Positions 26,959-34,725 of a stretch of 55,968 bases of DNA are shown here, piece by piece; position 1 is the stretch's first letter, and every line of letters starts with the position of its first letter. The stretch is from positions 1 to 55,968 of IMG/VR virus record IMGVR_UViG_3300044815_000221; one strand, given 5' to 3'. The translations under genes and the position numbers were made by a program. The notes under the pieces were generated by a model that saw only the letters and a list, made by a program, of their open reading frames with translations, was not told where the DNA came from and did not search any database. The stretch is from a virus (taxonomy: Duplodnaviria; Caudoviricetes).

Positions 26959-27252
26959 TCAAACACGCTCGAAAGTTCCGCTCTCAAGCGGCCTTTGCGG
27001 AATCAACAGGAGCGTTCCCGCTTCGATTTGCCGCACGTCCGCGATCCTGTTGCGCTCGGCGATCAAGCGCCACAATCGCCAGTCTGAATAAAAGCGATGC
27101 GCTAAACCTGTCAGCGTGTCGCTTCCTCTGAAAATATATTCAGTACCTGTCAGCGTGTCGCTTCCTCTGAAAATATATTCAGTCAGATAAGCATCCGTCT
27201 CCGGCGACAACTCACCGTAGCGTTCGTATGGGCTAATGCTGCGCTTGCTCAT
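26959..27252 (-). CDS. LysM baseplate protein with 13-aa internal duplication (element B)
   Basis: Paralog of 4213 and 19138; TEYIFRGSDTLTG occurs twice. Confidence 0.85.
   Translation of the reverse strand: MSKRSISPYERYGELSPETDAYLTEYIFRGSDTLTGTEYIFRGSDTLTGLAHRFYSDWRLWRLIAERNRIADVRQIEAGTLLLIPQRPLESGTFERV
27106..27183. repeat. perfect 39-bp tandem duplication
   Basis: ACCTGTCAGCGTGTCGCTTCCTCTGAAAATATATTCAGT at 27106-27144 and 27145-27183. Confidence 0.95.
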
Positions 27253-28343
27253 TCCTCTCCCTCAATATCGGCATAAAGGTCATATTCAGTTGTGAAGCCT
27301 GCGGCAACGAGGTCGTGCGTAACCTTGTCGCAAAGGTACAATCCAGAAAACAGACTGCCAAATTCACGAAGTTCAACAGTATCACCAACATCAGCCCTCA
27401 CGCTTGGAAGCTGCGGAATTGTGCGAACGGTGCAGGAGAAAGAGTGTTCACGTTGAAGCTGTTTTTTTGCATGTGCAACGCGGTCAGCATAGCTTTGAGT
27501 GTGGTTCGCAATATCTTTCTGTAAAAAGACGTTGCCTGTGCCGCGCTTGTGCTTCCGAGATTTGCCGACGAGTGATTTACCGCCATGCCCGCGCCCGCGC
27601 ACTTCAACCACAGACGGACGCCCCCGCTTATTTTCAGGAAGCTTATAACTGAGGTCAAAGGGGCGGAGCAGCAACGCATCTTTTCTATAAGTCAAAACTA
27701 TTAATGGCTTTCTTTTGACTATGGCTGGCTCTTTTGCAAAGAGCGTATCACCTCTTACATAAAGAACGAGGCCGATTTCTCGCGCCCGCTCACTAGCCAA
27801 GTCCCAATCGGTTTGACCAGCCTGCATGTAAGAACGGTGGTGTCCTATCCTAAACTCTCTGTCAGGTCCTTCAAACTTTAGCTCACTACGTTCAGCGAGC
27901 TTCTTGAGAATTTTAAGGTCATCTCCCTTGTGGTATCCGGCATGTTCCATCTGCCGCATTTTGTAGCCCATATCATAGGCTCTTAAAGTTATGTCCGTTT
28001 CACTCTTTTCTATCCGCGCCAGCATCCCCTTGAAAACAGGCTCTCCCAATCCTTGACCAAAACCCATCCAGCAGCGCATCTCAAAAGGCAGAACTTCTTT
28101 TATTCCTAAAAGGCTGTCAACGAATTTGCCCGTTGAATCAAAGACCCTGAAAGCCGCCTCTGATGCCATGCCCGTTGTTAGCTGAACGGTAACTTGCTTG
28201 AACAGTCGAGGATGCCGCCAAGAATCCCAAACCTGCTGCCGAAGGATGATTTTGTCACCATGCTTGTCACGCGCATACTTGCCATGCTCATCATGTTTAT
28301 AAACCGTCAATTCTATTGCGGCGTGTGGGTTGTCGGGCGTCAT
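27249..28343 (-). CDS. baseplate hub gpD-like (element B)
   Basis: Paralog of 3179 and 18092 (WDSW.HP.LF, QTDWDLA.ERA...GLVLYVRG, GLYLCDKV.HD). Confidence 0.85.
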   Translation of the reverse strand: MTPDNPHAAIELTVYKHDEHGKYARDKHGDKIILRQQVWDSWRHPRLFKQVTVQLTTGMASEAAFRVFDSTGKFVDSLLGIKEVLPFEMRCWMGFGQGLGEPVFKGMLARIEKSETDITLRAYDMGYKMRQMEHAGYHKGDDLKILKKLAERSELKFEGPDREFRIGHHRSYMQAGQTDWDLASERAREIGLVLYVRGDTLFAKEPAIVKRKPLIVLTYRKDALLLRPFDLSYKLPENKRGRPSVVEVRGRGHGGKSLVGKSRKHKRGTGNVFLQKDIANHTQSYADRVAHAKKQLQREHSFSCTVRTIPQLPSVRADVGDTVELREFGSLFSGLYLCDKVTHDLVAAGFTTEYDLYADIEGEE

Positions 28344-30961
28344 CCTTCACCCCTTTCTCTATACCTATCTATCCGGTTTGAAAGTCGCGCCTCAACTATG
28401 TTTGTAAGTTGGTGTGCGTGTTCTTCAAGCAACGCCGCGAACTGTTGAGGGCTGCTGCCATCGCCTTTGATTTCAAGTTTCGGAGAGTAGGTAATATGAA
28501 CGTGCGTATCTCCGCCTTTCATAAGACCCCTTGCAAGACCTGCATTGAGCGCGGATGTGTTTAATTTAGACGGAGGATATTCAAATGTATTTTTGCCAAG
28601 CAGATTCAATGACGGAATCGGCGCAGGCGTGGGAGTAGGGCTTGGCTGAACCCCGCCGCTCGGTAAAGGAACATTATTCAATCGTGAGGCTGAGTTATTG
28701 AAGCTATCGGTTAAAGAGGTGGCCGCGCCTCCCAAATTGGAGAAGCTGGAAGGAAGAGGAAATAGCTGCGATTGAAGTTGACCGAAATACTGATTAGTAG
28801 GTATCAGTTGTTGGCTTAAATTCTGAAAACCTTCGGTTGCTTGTTGGGTTGGCTGTCTCAACCCCTCTATCTCTTTTTGATACTCCTGCCATGCCTTAGA
28901 GAATCCAACCGGAAATTCCTTTTGCAGTGACTTGTAAAGGTCGGGCGTAGCCTGTGGTGTCAAGCCAAGCTTGCCTAACTGGGCAAAGGCTTGGCGCATC
29001 ACTTTAGGGTCGTCGAGCATTGGCGCAACATGCCTAAAAATTCCGCCTGCTTTATCAGGGTCAAACGTATTAAATACATTCCAACGTGAGCCATAGGGGC
29101 GGTCAGCAGTCCAAGCATGGCCCCAGAAGCCTCCGAACTTTTCAGGCATGAGTGCAGATTCTAGTTCCTGCTTTCGATTTATTGCTTCAACTGCTTTTTG
29201 AGCAAGACCCCTTGAATCATCTCCCGATGTGTCTATCCCAAGAAGGCGGTTTGACCGTTGCCGCGATTTATAATCTGCAAACGACTCGCCCGATGATTTC
29301 GCAAAGTCACGCCTATCAGCCTCTCGCTTATCGTATTCGTCTTTTAATTCGAGCAGCTTTTCTAACGCCATCCCTGCAACCGTAAGCTTCAATGCCACAG
29401 TGAACGGCGATGATGTCAAAGATGTGAGCTTGCCTTTTAGACCCGATAATTTGCTTTCGGTTGACTTGATGGCATCACTAACAACGGGTGTTGATTTCTG
29501 CCATGCGCTTGTAAAGCCGATTGTTCTTTTCTCAGCCACTACTAATGAATCGCCTAGCCCTCTAGCTCCTTTGTCGCTATTGGAGAAGAAGCTGAATAAC
29601 TTAGAAGTGCCGAGAATGGTTGCCGTTTCTGCTATTCCACCTAATGCCTTACCACCGACAATCAGCCCTAAAGACCAGTTCGGATGATCGGACATCCATT
29701 GAAAGAAAGGCAAAGCTTTGGTTGCTAATTGCGTTCCAACTTCAACAAGCGGCTTCCCAACGCCAGCGCGAAAATTCTCAACCGACGCCTTATACTGTTC
29801 AAGCTTGCCCTGTGCCGAATCTAGCGCTTGCTTATTAAGCTCATCAACGCCTGTTGATTTTTCGGCAAGCCCAGATTCTTTTAAGACTTGATTCCTTTGC
29901 GTGGTAAGCAGGCTCATCATCCGAAAAGCAGTACTCTTCTGGAAAAGCAACCCTAGCTCCGCGCGAACAGCGTTATCATCGGCGGTATTGATGCCGTGAG
30001 TTTTCATCGCCCCCATGAGCATATCGGCAGCTTCTAAGGGGTCGCGCATGAACGGCTCTGCCAGCTTGTTACCGCCAGGTAGAATCCGTTTTATCTTCTG
30101 AGCCTTACCAAACTGAACTTTGTTTTTATCAACTAACCCAAGCCGCGAAAATTCCTCTGCCGCGTATTGCGGCGTCACGCCAGTAACCATAGCGCGATAA
30201 CCTGACAGCAAAGCCGTTCCCGCTCCCGCTCCTTTCAGTTCCATCAAAACGCTTTGCATGTGGCGCAAGCCTTCAACAGATAAGCCCTGAGCGGCAGGCG
30301 AACCCATGCGAGCGAAATCAAACAACTCAGTAGGAGAAACCTTTCCAGCGCGTGCAGTTTGCATCTGCACCATCACGTTGAAATACTTCTCCATCTCAGC
30401 GCGCCCCTTCGCAACCTTCCCCGTCACTTCAAGAAAGCGGAAAGCTGCGTCGGTCTGCTTTTCAATCTCTTCTGTGCTGTATTGATCTCCAAATTTAGCC
30501 TTAAAGCCAAACTCGTACTTAGTAGCAAGAGGCAAGGCTTCAATGGCCTCATCTAAACTACCGAGTGCGGTATGTAGGGTTGTTATCGCGGTTGTCGTGT
30601 CCGTGAGGGAGAGGCCGCCCAAACTTTGTACGTTTTTTCGGACGGCATCAAACGCCTTCGCGTTGTCAGATGGTGATAGATTTATAGCCTCGAACTTACC
30701 TTGCGCTCTCAAAAGCCTCATGTAAGCATCGGTGTAATCCTCAAGAGAATCAATTCGATTCTTCCAAACAGAACTAACACGCGCAATAGGGTCAAAGACT
30801 TCGTTGTGAAGCTTTGAGAGATGGCCGAGCGTTCCGGCATACTTCGCCGTCGTCCCGCCTAGCCCGTGAAGCTTCTTCTCGAATTTATCAAGCCCCACCG
30901 ATGCCCTATCTTGGAGGGATAGCAGAATTGATAATTCATATACTGAACCTGAATTTCCCAT
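28340..30961 (-). CDS. tape measure protein TMP3 (element B)
   Basis: 873 aa; core nearly identical to TMP2; C-terminal GGDTH.HI.YSPK.EI motif shared with TMP1. Confidence 0.88.
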   Translation of the reverse strand: MGNSGSVYELSILLSLQDRASVGLDKFEKKLHGLGGTTAKYAGTLGHLSKLHNEVFDPIARVSSVWKNRIDSLEDYTDAYMRLLRAQGKFEAINLSPSDNAKAFDAVRKNVQSLGGLSLTDTTTAITTLHTALGSLDEAIEALPLATKYEFGFKAKFGDQYSTEEIEKQTDAAFRFLEVTGKVAKGRAEMEKYFNVMVQMQTARAGKVSPTELFDFARMGSPAAQGLSVEGLRHMQSVLMELKGAGAGTALLSGYRAMVTGVTPQYAAEEFSRLGLVDKNKVQFGKAQKIKRILPGGNKLAEPFMRDPLEAADMLMGAMKTHGINTADDNAVRAELGLLFQKSTAFRMMSLLTTQRNQVLKESGLAEKSTGVDELNKQALDSAQGKLEQYKASVENFRAGVGKPLVEVGTQLATKALPFFQWMSDHPNWSLGLIVGGKALGGIAETATILGTSKLFSFFSNSDKGARGLGDSLVVAEKRTIGFTSAWQKSTPVVSDAIKSTESKLSGLKGKLTSLTSSPFTVALKLTVAGMALEKLLELKDEYDKREADRRDFAKSSGESFADYKSRQRSNRLLGIDTSGDDSRGLAQKAVEAINRKQELESALMPEKFGGFWGHAWTADRPYGSRWNVFNTFDPDKAGGIFRHVAPMLDDPKVMRQAFAQLGKLGLTPQATPDLYKSLQKEFPVGFSKAWQEYQKEIEGLRQPTQQATEGFQNLSQQLIPTNQYFGQLQSQLFPLPSSFSNLGGAATSLTDSFNNSASRLNNVPLPSGGVQPSPTPTPAPIPSLNLLGKNTFEYPPSKLNTSALNAGLARGLMKGGDTHVHITYSPKLEIKGDGSSPQQFAALLEEHAHQLTNIVEARLSNRIDRYRERGEG

Positions 30962-30973
30962 TGCTCTTTATCT

Positions 30974-31639
30974 CTACTGTGCTGCGGTTGGATTGTTGGC
31001 TTGCCTTTGGGCTAAACGCTCTGCCCGAACTGACAGCATCCACAGTTCGCTGTGAGACAAAATCGCTAAAACGTCTATGCCAGCCAAATCATCAAAAGCC
31101 CTTACATCAAGCAAGCCTTCCACAACTTTTTCACCGTTGCTTTGACGCAGGCGCACAATCTCACGACCCGCCAGAAAACATCTCATCCTTGACGCAGACT
31201 CGCGCTCGCTCTTTTCAGCATCAACGACATCACGCCCCGTCAAGACTCGCCCGAACTCCACGACATCAAAAACATCGCCGTTGACTTCATACCCGTAAAC
31301 AAGTTTGAGAGAGTTACTGCTGAGAGGCTGCGGTTCGCCGTGTTGCCCGACGAAGTTATTGTAGGCTTCAACTAAATCTTCAAGGTCAATCGAATCAAGG
31401 TCTAAAAGAACTCCTCGACTAACAGGAATAGGAAGGTCGCCAAATTTAGTAATAGCTCTTTCCAGTGCTAAGACGTTGAAAAGCGTCTCGCCCTTTTCAT
31501 TTCGATACCTCATATTCATTTCAATTAAAAAGAGGTCGCCGCCTTTAAGCAGGCTACCGATGGTGACATCTTTGTGATTCACCTCGCCTTTATCAGTATG
31601 ACCAACTTCCAGCGTTACTTTGACAGGAGATGCTTCCAT
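30974..31639 (-). CDS. tail assembly chaperone (element B), no GT extension
   Basis: Paralog of 7798 and 21971; shift-site equivalent reads TCA-GTT-CGG. Confidence 0.78.
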   Translation of the reverse strand: MEASPVKVTLEVGHTDKGEVNHKDVTIGSLLKGGDLFLIEMNMRYRNEKGETLFNVLALERAITKFGDLPIPVSRGVLLDLDSIDLEDLVEAYNNFVGQHGEPQPLSSNSLKLVYGYEVNGDVFDVVEFGRVLTGRDVVDAEKSERESASRMRCFLAGREIVRLRQSNGEKVVEGLLDVRAFDDLAGIDVLAILSHSELWMLSVRAERLAQRQANNPTAAQ

Positions 31640-31668
31640 GATTCGTTCCTTTCGATGTGATAAATAAG

Positions 31669-31770
31669 AAAAAGCCCGCCAACCTTTTCAGGCCAACGGG
31701 CTGCACATGAGCCGCTAATGATCGCTATTTAGGGACTGTGAAAGTCCGCAAGATTTCGGGATGAATATAG
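31669..31770 (-). promoter_or_regulatory. conserved leader L4 driving element B tail genes
   Basis: - strand TATATT...GGACT-TTCAC-AGTCC...GGCTCATGTGCA-GCCCGTTGGCC-TGAAAA-GGTTGGCGGGC-TTTTT. Confidence 0.82.
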
Positions 31771-31793
31771 AGCGTGAGAGATATTAGAGCAAA

Positions 31794-32003
31794 TTAAATT
31801 CCCCTTGTATTGCGTTCGACAGGCCACCGGACAAAAGCAAACACAAAAAGAGCAATGAGGTTGATTATAGGAATTAACACAATCAAACTATACCAACCTG
31901 AAAAACCAGCCTTTGTGCAAATTCGCCAAAGCGGAACGATGAAAACAACACAGACGAAGGCAAGCAAAAACAGTTCAGTAGTTCCTATATTCTCAAATCT
32001 CAT
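31794..32003 (-). CDS. small membrane protein (element B)
   Basis: IVPLWRIC.KAGFSGW.SL...IPIINLI.L..FAF..WP; two or three TM helices. Confidence 0.75.
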   Translation of the reverse strand: MRFENIGTTELFLLAFVCVVFIVPLWRICTKAGFSGWYSLIVLIPIINLIALFVFAFVRWPVERNTRGI

Positions 32004-32230
32004 CTCTGCCCTTCCTCATCGGTTTCAGCTTGAGCCTCAACAATCTTCTCAAGCTTTTTAGCATCGAACGTGCCTGCAATCGTGCCGTCAGGAAGCATGA
32101 TGACAGCCGTGTAAGTTGCGCCTCTCGCGTCGCTGTGAGTGTTCGTTCTAAGCACCATGCCAATCTTCCCCGCATAGCGTCCAGAGGGAACGCGCACATT
32201 ATCTTCAACATCAACCATAGCACCGCTCAC
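32000..32230 (-). CDS. small KOW-motif-like protein (element B)
   Basis: DNVRVPSGRYAGKIGMV resembles the KOW motif. Confidence 0.55.
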   Translation of the reverse strand: MSGAMVDVEDNVRVPSGRYAGKIGMVLRTNTHSDARGATYTAVIMLPDGTIAGTFDAKKLEKIVEAQAETDEEGQR

Positions 32231-32433
32231 TTCTTGCTAGGCTTCTTCTTGCTTTTATTTTTAGCATGATTGCGCTCAATAGTTTCCAGCGCAAGCGATA
32301 GATATTCCGGTATAGAGCGTGCGCCGCGCTCCCAACGTGAAACAGTCATAATGTCCACGCCCAAAGCCTCTGCCAGTTGCCCCTGAGTAAAACCAAGCGA
32401 CTCACGCCTCTGTTTTAATTCATCACCGCTCAT
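32227..32433 (-). CDS. XRE-family HTH repressor (element B; start reassigned to 32433)
   Basis: ELKQRRESLGFTQGQLAEALGVDIMTVSRWERG; TTGACG-17-TAGACT just upstream. Confidence 0.88.
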   Translation of the reverse strand: MSGDELKQRRESLGFTQGQLAEALGVDIMTVSRWERGARSIPEYLSLALETIERNHAKNKSKKKPSKK

Positions 32434-32444
32434 ATGTCGAAGTC

Positions 32445-32562
32445 TATGCCAATGGCCTACTAGCGTCAAGAATCTTTTACGCAGAGGCGAACGAAGGACA
32501 AATGTTAATTAGGCCAATGGCCTAATTATATTGTTGACATCATTAGGCCATTGGCCTATACT
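32445..32562. promoter_or_regulatory. three palindromic operators TAGGCCAWTGGCCTA over divergent promoters (element B)
   Basis: Copies at 32445-32459 (1 mismatch), 32506-32528 (23-bp palindrome) and 32544-32558, the last inside TTGACA-17-TATACT. Confidence 0.85.
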
Positions 32563-32622
32563 ATATTCATCAGTTGGACGTAACAACAAATCACTTTTGC
32601 AGAACTCAAGGAGACAAAGAAG

Positions 32623-32769
32623 ATGAATCACACGACGAACCAAACCTCAATCAACATCAACACCACGAACGCCAAGCCGCAGACAGTCAACGCCATCAAG
32701 AAAGTCATGGTCTATGACTTGAGAGGGCAGGGGCGCGCGATTGAGAAGATGCGTGGGATTCAGATTTAA
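32623..32769 (+). CDS. 48-aa protein (element B copy)
   Basis: Near-identical to 23504-23650. Confidence 0.7.
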   Translation: MNHTTNQTSININTTNAKPQTVNAIKKVMVYDLRGQGRAIEKMRGIQI

Positions 32770-32786
32770 GTAGCGGGAGGGGAACA

Positions 32787-33218
32787 ATGCCGAGAAAGAA
32801 TATCACAACGAAGAAACAACGGCGCAGATACAAAGACGTAAACAGGGATTATGAAGAAGAGTCCAACCTTGAAAACGTCAACCTCACAGATTTTGTAACT
32901 CAACACCCGACGCTGACCTTCTTGATGATGGTTGAAGATAGCTATAACGGGGGATTTGGAATACTGGCTGGCGATATTCTTATCGTCAATCGAGCCATCA
33001 AGCCACAAGTCGGCGACCTTGTAGTTGTTGAGCATTTGGGAGAGTCCATCATCGGAAAAATTGAGATTGAGAACGGAGAGTATTGGTTAAGCGATAACAA
33101 TATCTTAAGACTCTTTAGGGGTGACACCGTAACGCTTGGCCTCTCCGACCTTGATGAAGATGTCTTTGGAAGGATTACTCATTTAATCCGTGATTTCCGA
33201 GATGGAGGCAAGCAATGA
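32787..33218 (+). CDS. UmuD/LexA S24-like protein
   Basis: HP..TFLM.VEDS....GI..GDILIVNRAI.P..GDLVV...G.....K...FG.ITH.I. Confidence 0.7.
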   Translation: MPRKNITTKKQRRRYKDVNRDYEEESNLENVNLTDFVTQHPTLTFLMMVEDSYNGGFGILAGDILIVNRAIKPQVGDLVVVEHLGESIIGKIEIENGEYWLSDNNILRLFRGDTVTLGLSDLDEDVFGRITHLIRDFRDGGKQ

Positions 33219-33613
33219 ATCGCAAAGTCTCCATCACATACAACGTTGAAGAACTTTTCAGCTTGGCTGGCGACCAACCGACCCCAACAACGCACCACTT
33301 TCTCGCAACACGTACCGCCGTCGAACATCTACACGGCCTCATGGTGTTGCTTTCATTCATCGGCCACACCGAAACCTTTCAGACTATCGAAGATCGCAAC
33401 TTAGACGCCTTGACGGGCGCTCTGCGCTTGGTTGGAGAACTCGGCGCGGCTATCGGAGAACAATGCGGCGTGCGGTTCAACGACTTCGCGCAAGCGATGA
33501 AGAATCGGGTTCACGAAGTTGCCACAGAGTCAATGTTTGCGGAGCGCGAGCAGGCAAAGAGGCGAGCCGAATTTAAGAAGGAGGGCGCGAGCGATGAAAC
33601 CAGCAGAGGATAA
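33215..33613 (+). CDS. hypothetical protein (element B)
   Basis: 132 aa, GGAGG RBS, ATGA overlap. Confidence 0.65.
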   Translation: MNRKVSITYNVEELFSLAGDQPTPTTHHFLATRTAVEHLHGLMVLLSFIGHTETFQTIEDRNLDALTGALRLVGELGAAIGEQCGVRFNDFAQAMKNRVHEVATESMFAEREQAKRRAEFKKEGASDETSRG

Positions 33614-33878
33614 CAAACACGGCTTCAAAGCCATCGAGAGCGATGATGAAGTGAGCTATCTGGTTACTCAAATCTTGCAATCCGACAACGATCTCGGCGC
33701 GGTTTGCCTCATCTCGCTGTTGGGCAAAGTTGCGTATGCCAGCGAACCAAGCAAGACCGACGCGATTAGAAATGCCGCCAACCAAGCCCACTACTACACG
33801 AGCGAATTTGATAATGCCATTGAACGGCTAATTATGCAGGCGGTTAACCACAAATGGAATGGAGGCGATGAAGAGTGA
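33594..33878 (+). CDS. hypothetical helical protein, paralog of next gene
   Basis: FKAI..D.EV..LV.QIL.....GAV.LI.L.G..AY. Confidence 0.65.
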   Translation: MKPAEDNKHGFKAIESDDEVSYLVTQILQSDNDLGAVCLISLLGKVAYASEPSKTDAIRNAANQAHYYTSEFDNAIERLIMQAVNHKWNGGDEE

Positions 33879-34186
33879 TGAAAAGCAACCTTGAGCTTGA
33901 ACGCCAGAAAAGGCTAGAGAAGCTAAGTAACCCTTACAACTTCAAATCCATCACGGATGAAGAAGCCGCGCATCTAGTCGCACAAATTCTGTGGGCAAGT
34001 CAAAGCATCGGCGCAGTCGCATTGATCGCTCTCATCGGCAGCATTGCCTATGAAGAGAATCTTGTCCACAAGTGTGACCTCATCAGACACGCCGCGAACG
34101 AAGCCTATACAGCAACTATGGACTTTGATGAATCGGCGGAGAGCTTCATCAGAAAAACAGCTAAGAATTGGAGGAACGCGAAATGA
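33875..34186 (+). CDS. hypothetical helical protein, paralog of previous gene
   Basis: FKSI..EE...LV.QIL.....GAV.LI.L.G.IAY...R.AAN.A. Confidence 0.65.
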   Translation: MMKSNLELERQKRLEKLSNPYNFKSITDEEAAHLVAQILWASQSIGAVALIALIGSIAYEENLVHKCDLIRHAANEAYTATMDFDESAESFIRKTAKNWRNAK

Positions 34187-34482
34187 ATCTAGCAATCAAA
34201 CTAAACAGCAACCCAATCCCTGAACCCTGCCCGCTCTGCGGTCAGGAAACCAATCCCAACATCGGCGCGGAATTGACGTTAGCCGAAAATGAGCTAGTTG
34301 TCTGTCGTGACTGTGGATTGACTCACGCGCCCGTACTCGTCTCACTTCTCACGCTTGGGTTTCTCGCCAACGATTACACCTTATGCGAGCGTGACTTTGG
34401 CGACCTCTGGCAAGCCTCGCGTGAAACGCGCCCGCGTGAAAGCCTGAACTGGAATCAACACTTGAAAGCTGATGCGGCATGA
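34183..34482 (+). CDS. zinc-finger protein (element B copy)
   Basis: Near-identical to 24605-24904. Confidence 0.75.
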   Translation: MNLAIKLNSNPIPEPCPLCGQETNPNIGAELTLAENELVVCRDCGLTHAPVLVSLLTLGFLANDYTLCERDFGDLWQASRETRPRESLNWNQHLKADAA

Positions 34483-34715
34483 GTGCGGCGATTCTCAACA
34501 TCAATCTCATCAAGCATCCGTTGGATACTTATTTCGTGAGATACGGCGGCTCGATTCTAGTGATAGATAGAGCCGCCATTACAGACGATGGCGACACAGT
34601 GATAGTCAGACTTCACGATCAACTGATGGTTACAACACTCAATATTAAAGATGGTAGCGAGCGCGTCGATTTTGAAGTGTGGGGCAAGGTTTCTTATTTC
34701 ATCTTTGAAGCGTGA
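34479..34715 (+). CDS. truncated S24-like protein (element B copy)
   Basis: Near-identical to 24901-25137. Confidence 0.6.
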   Translation: MSAAILNINLIKHPLDTYFVRYGGSILVIDRAAITDDGDTVIVRLHDQLMVTTLNIKDGSERVDFEVWGKVSYFIFEA

Positions 34716-34725
34716 GGGGCAAGTT

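Noticed and set aside
20815-30490. Diversity-generating retroelement TR/VR pair or invertible tail-fibre segment
   Set aside because: No reverse transcriptase or invertase; differences between repeats are not adenine-specific and the repeats are direct.
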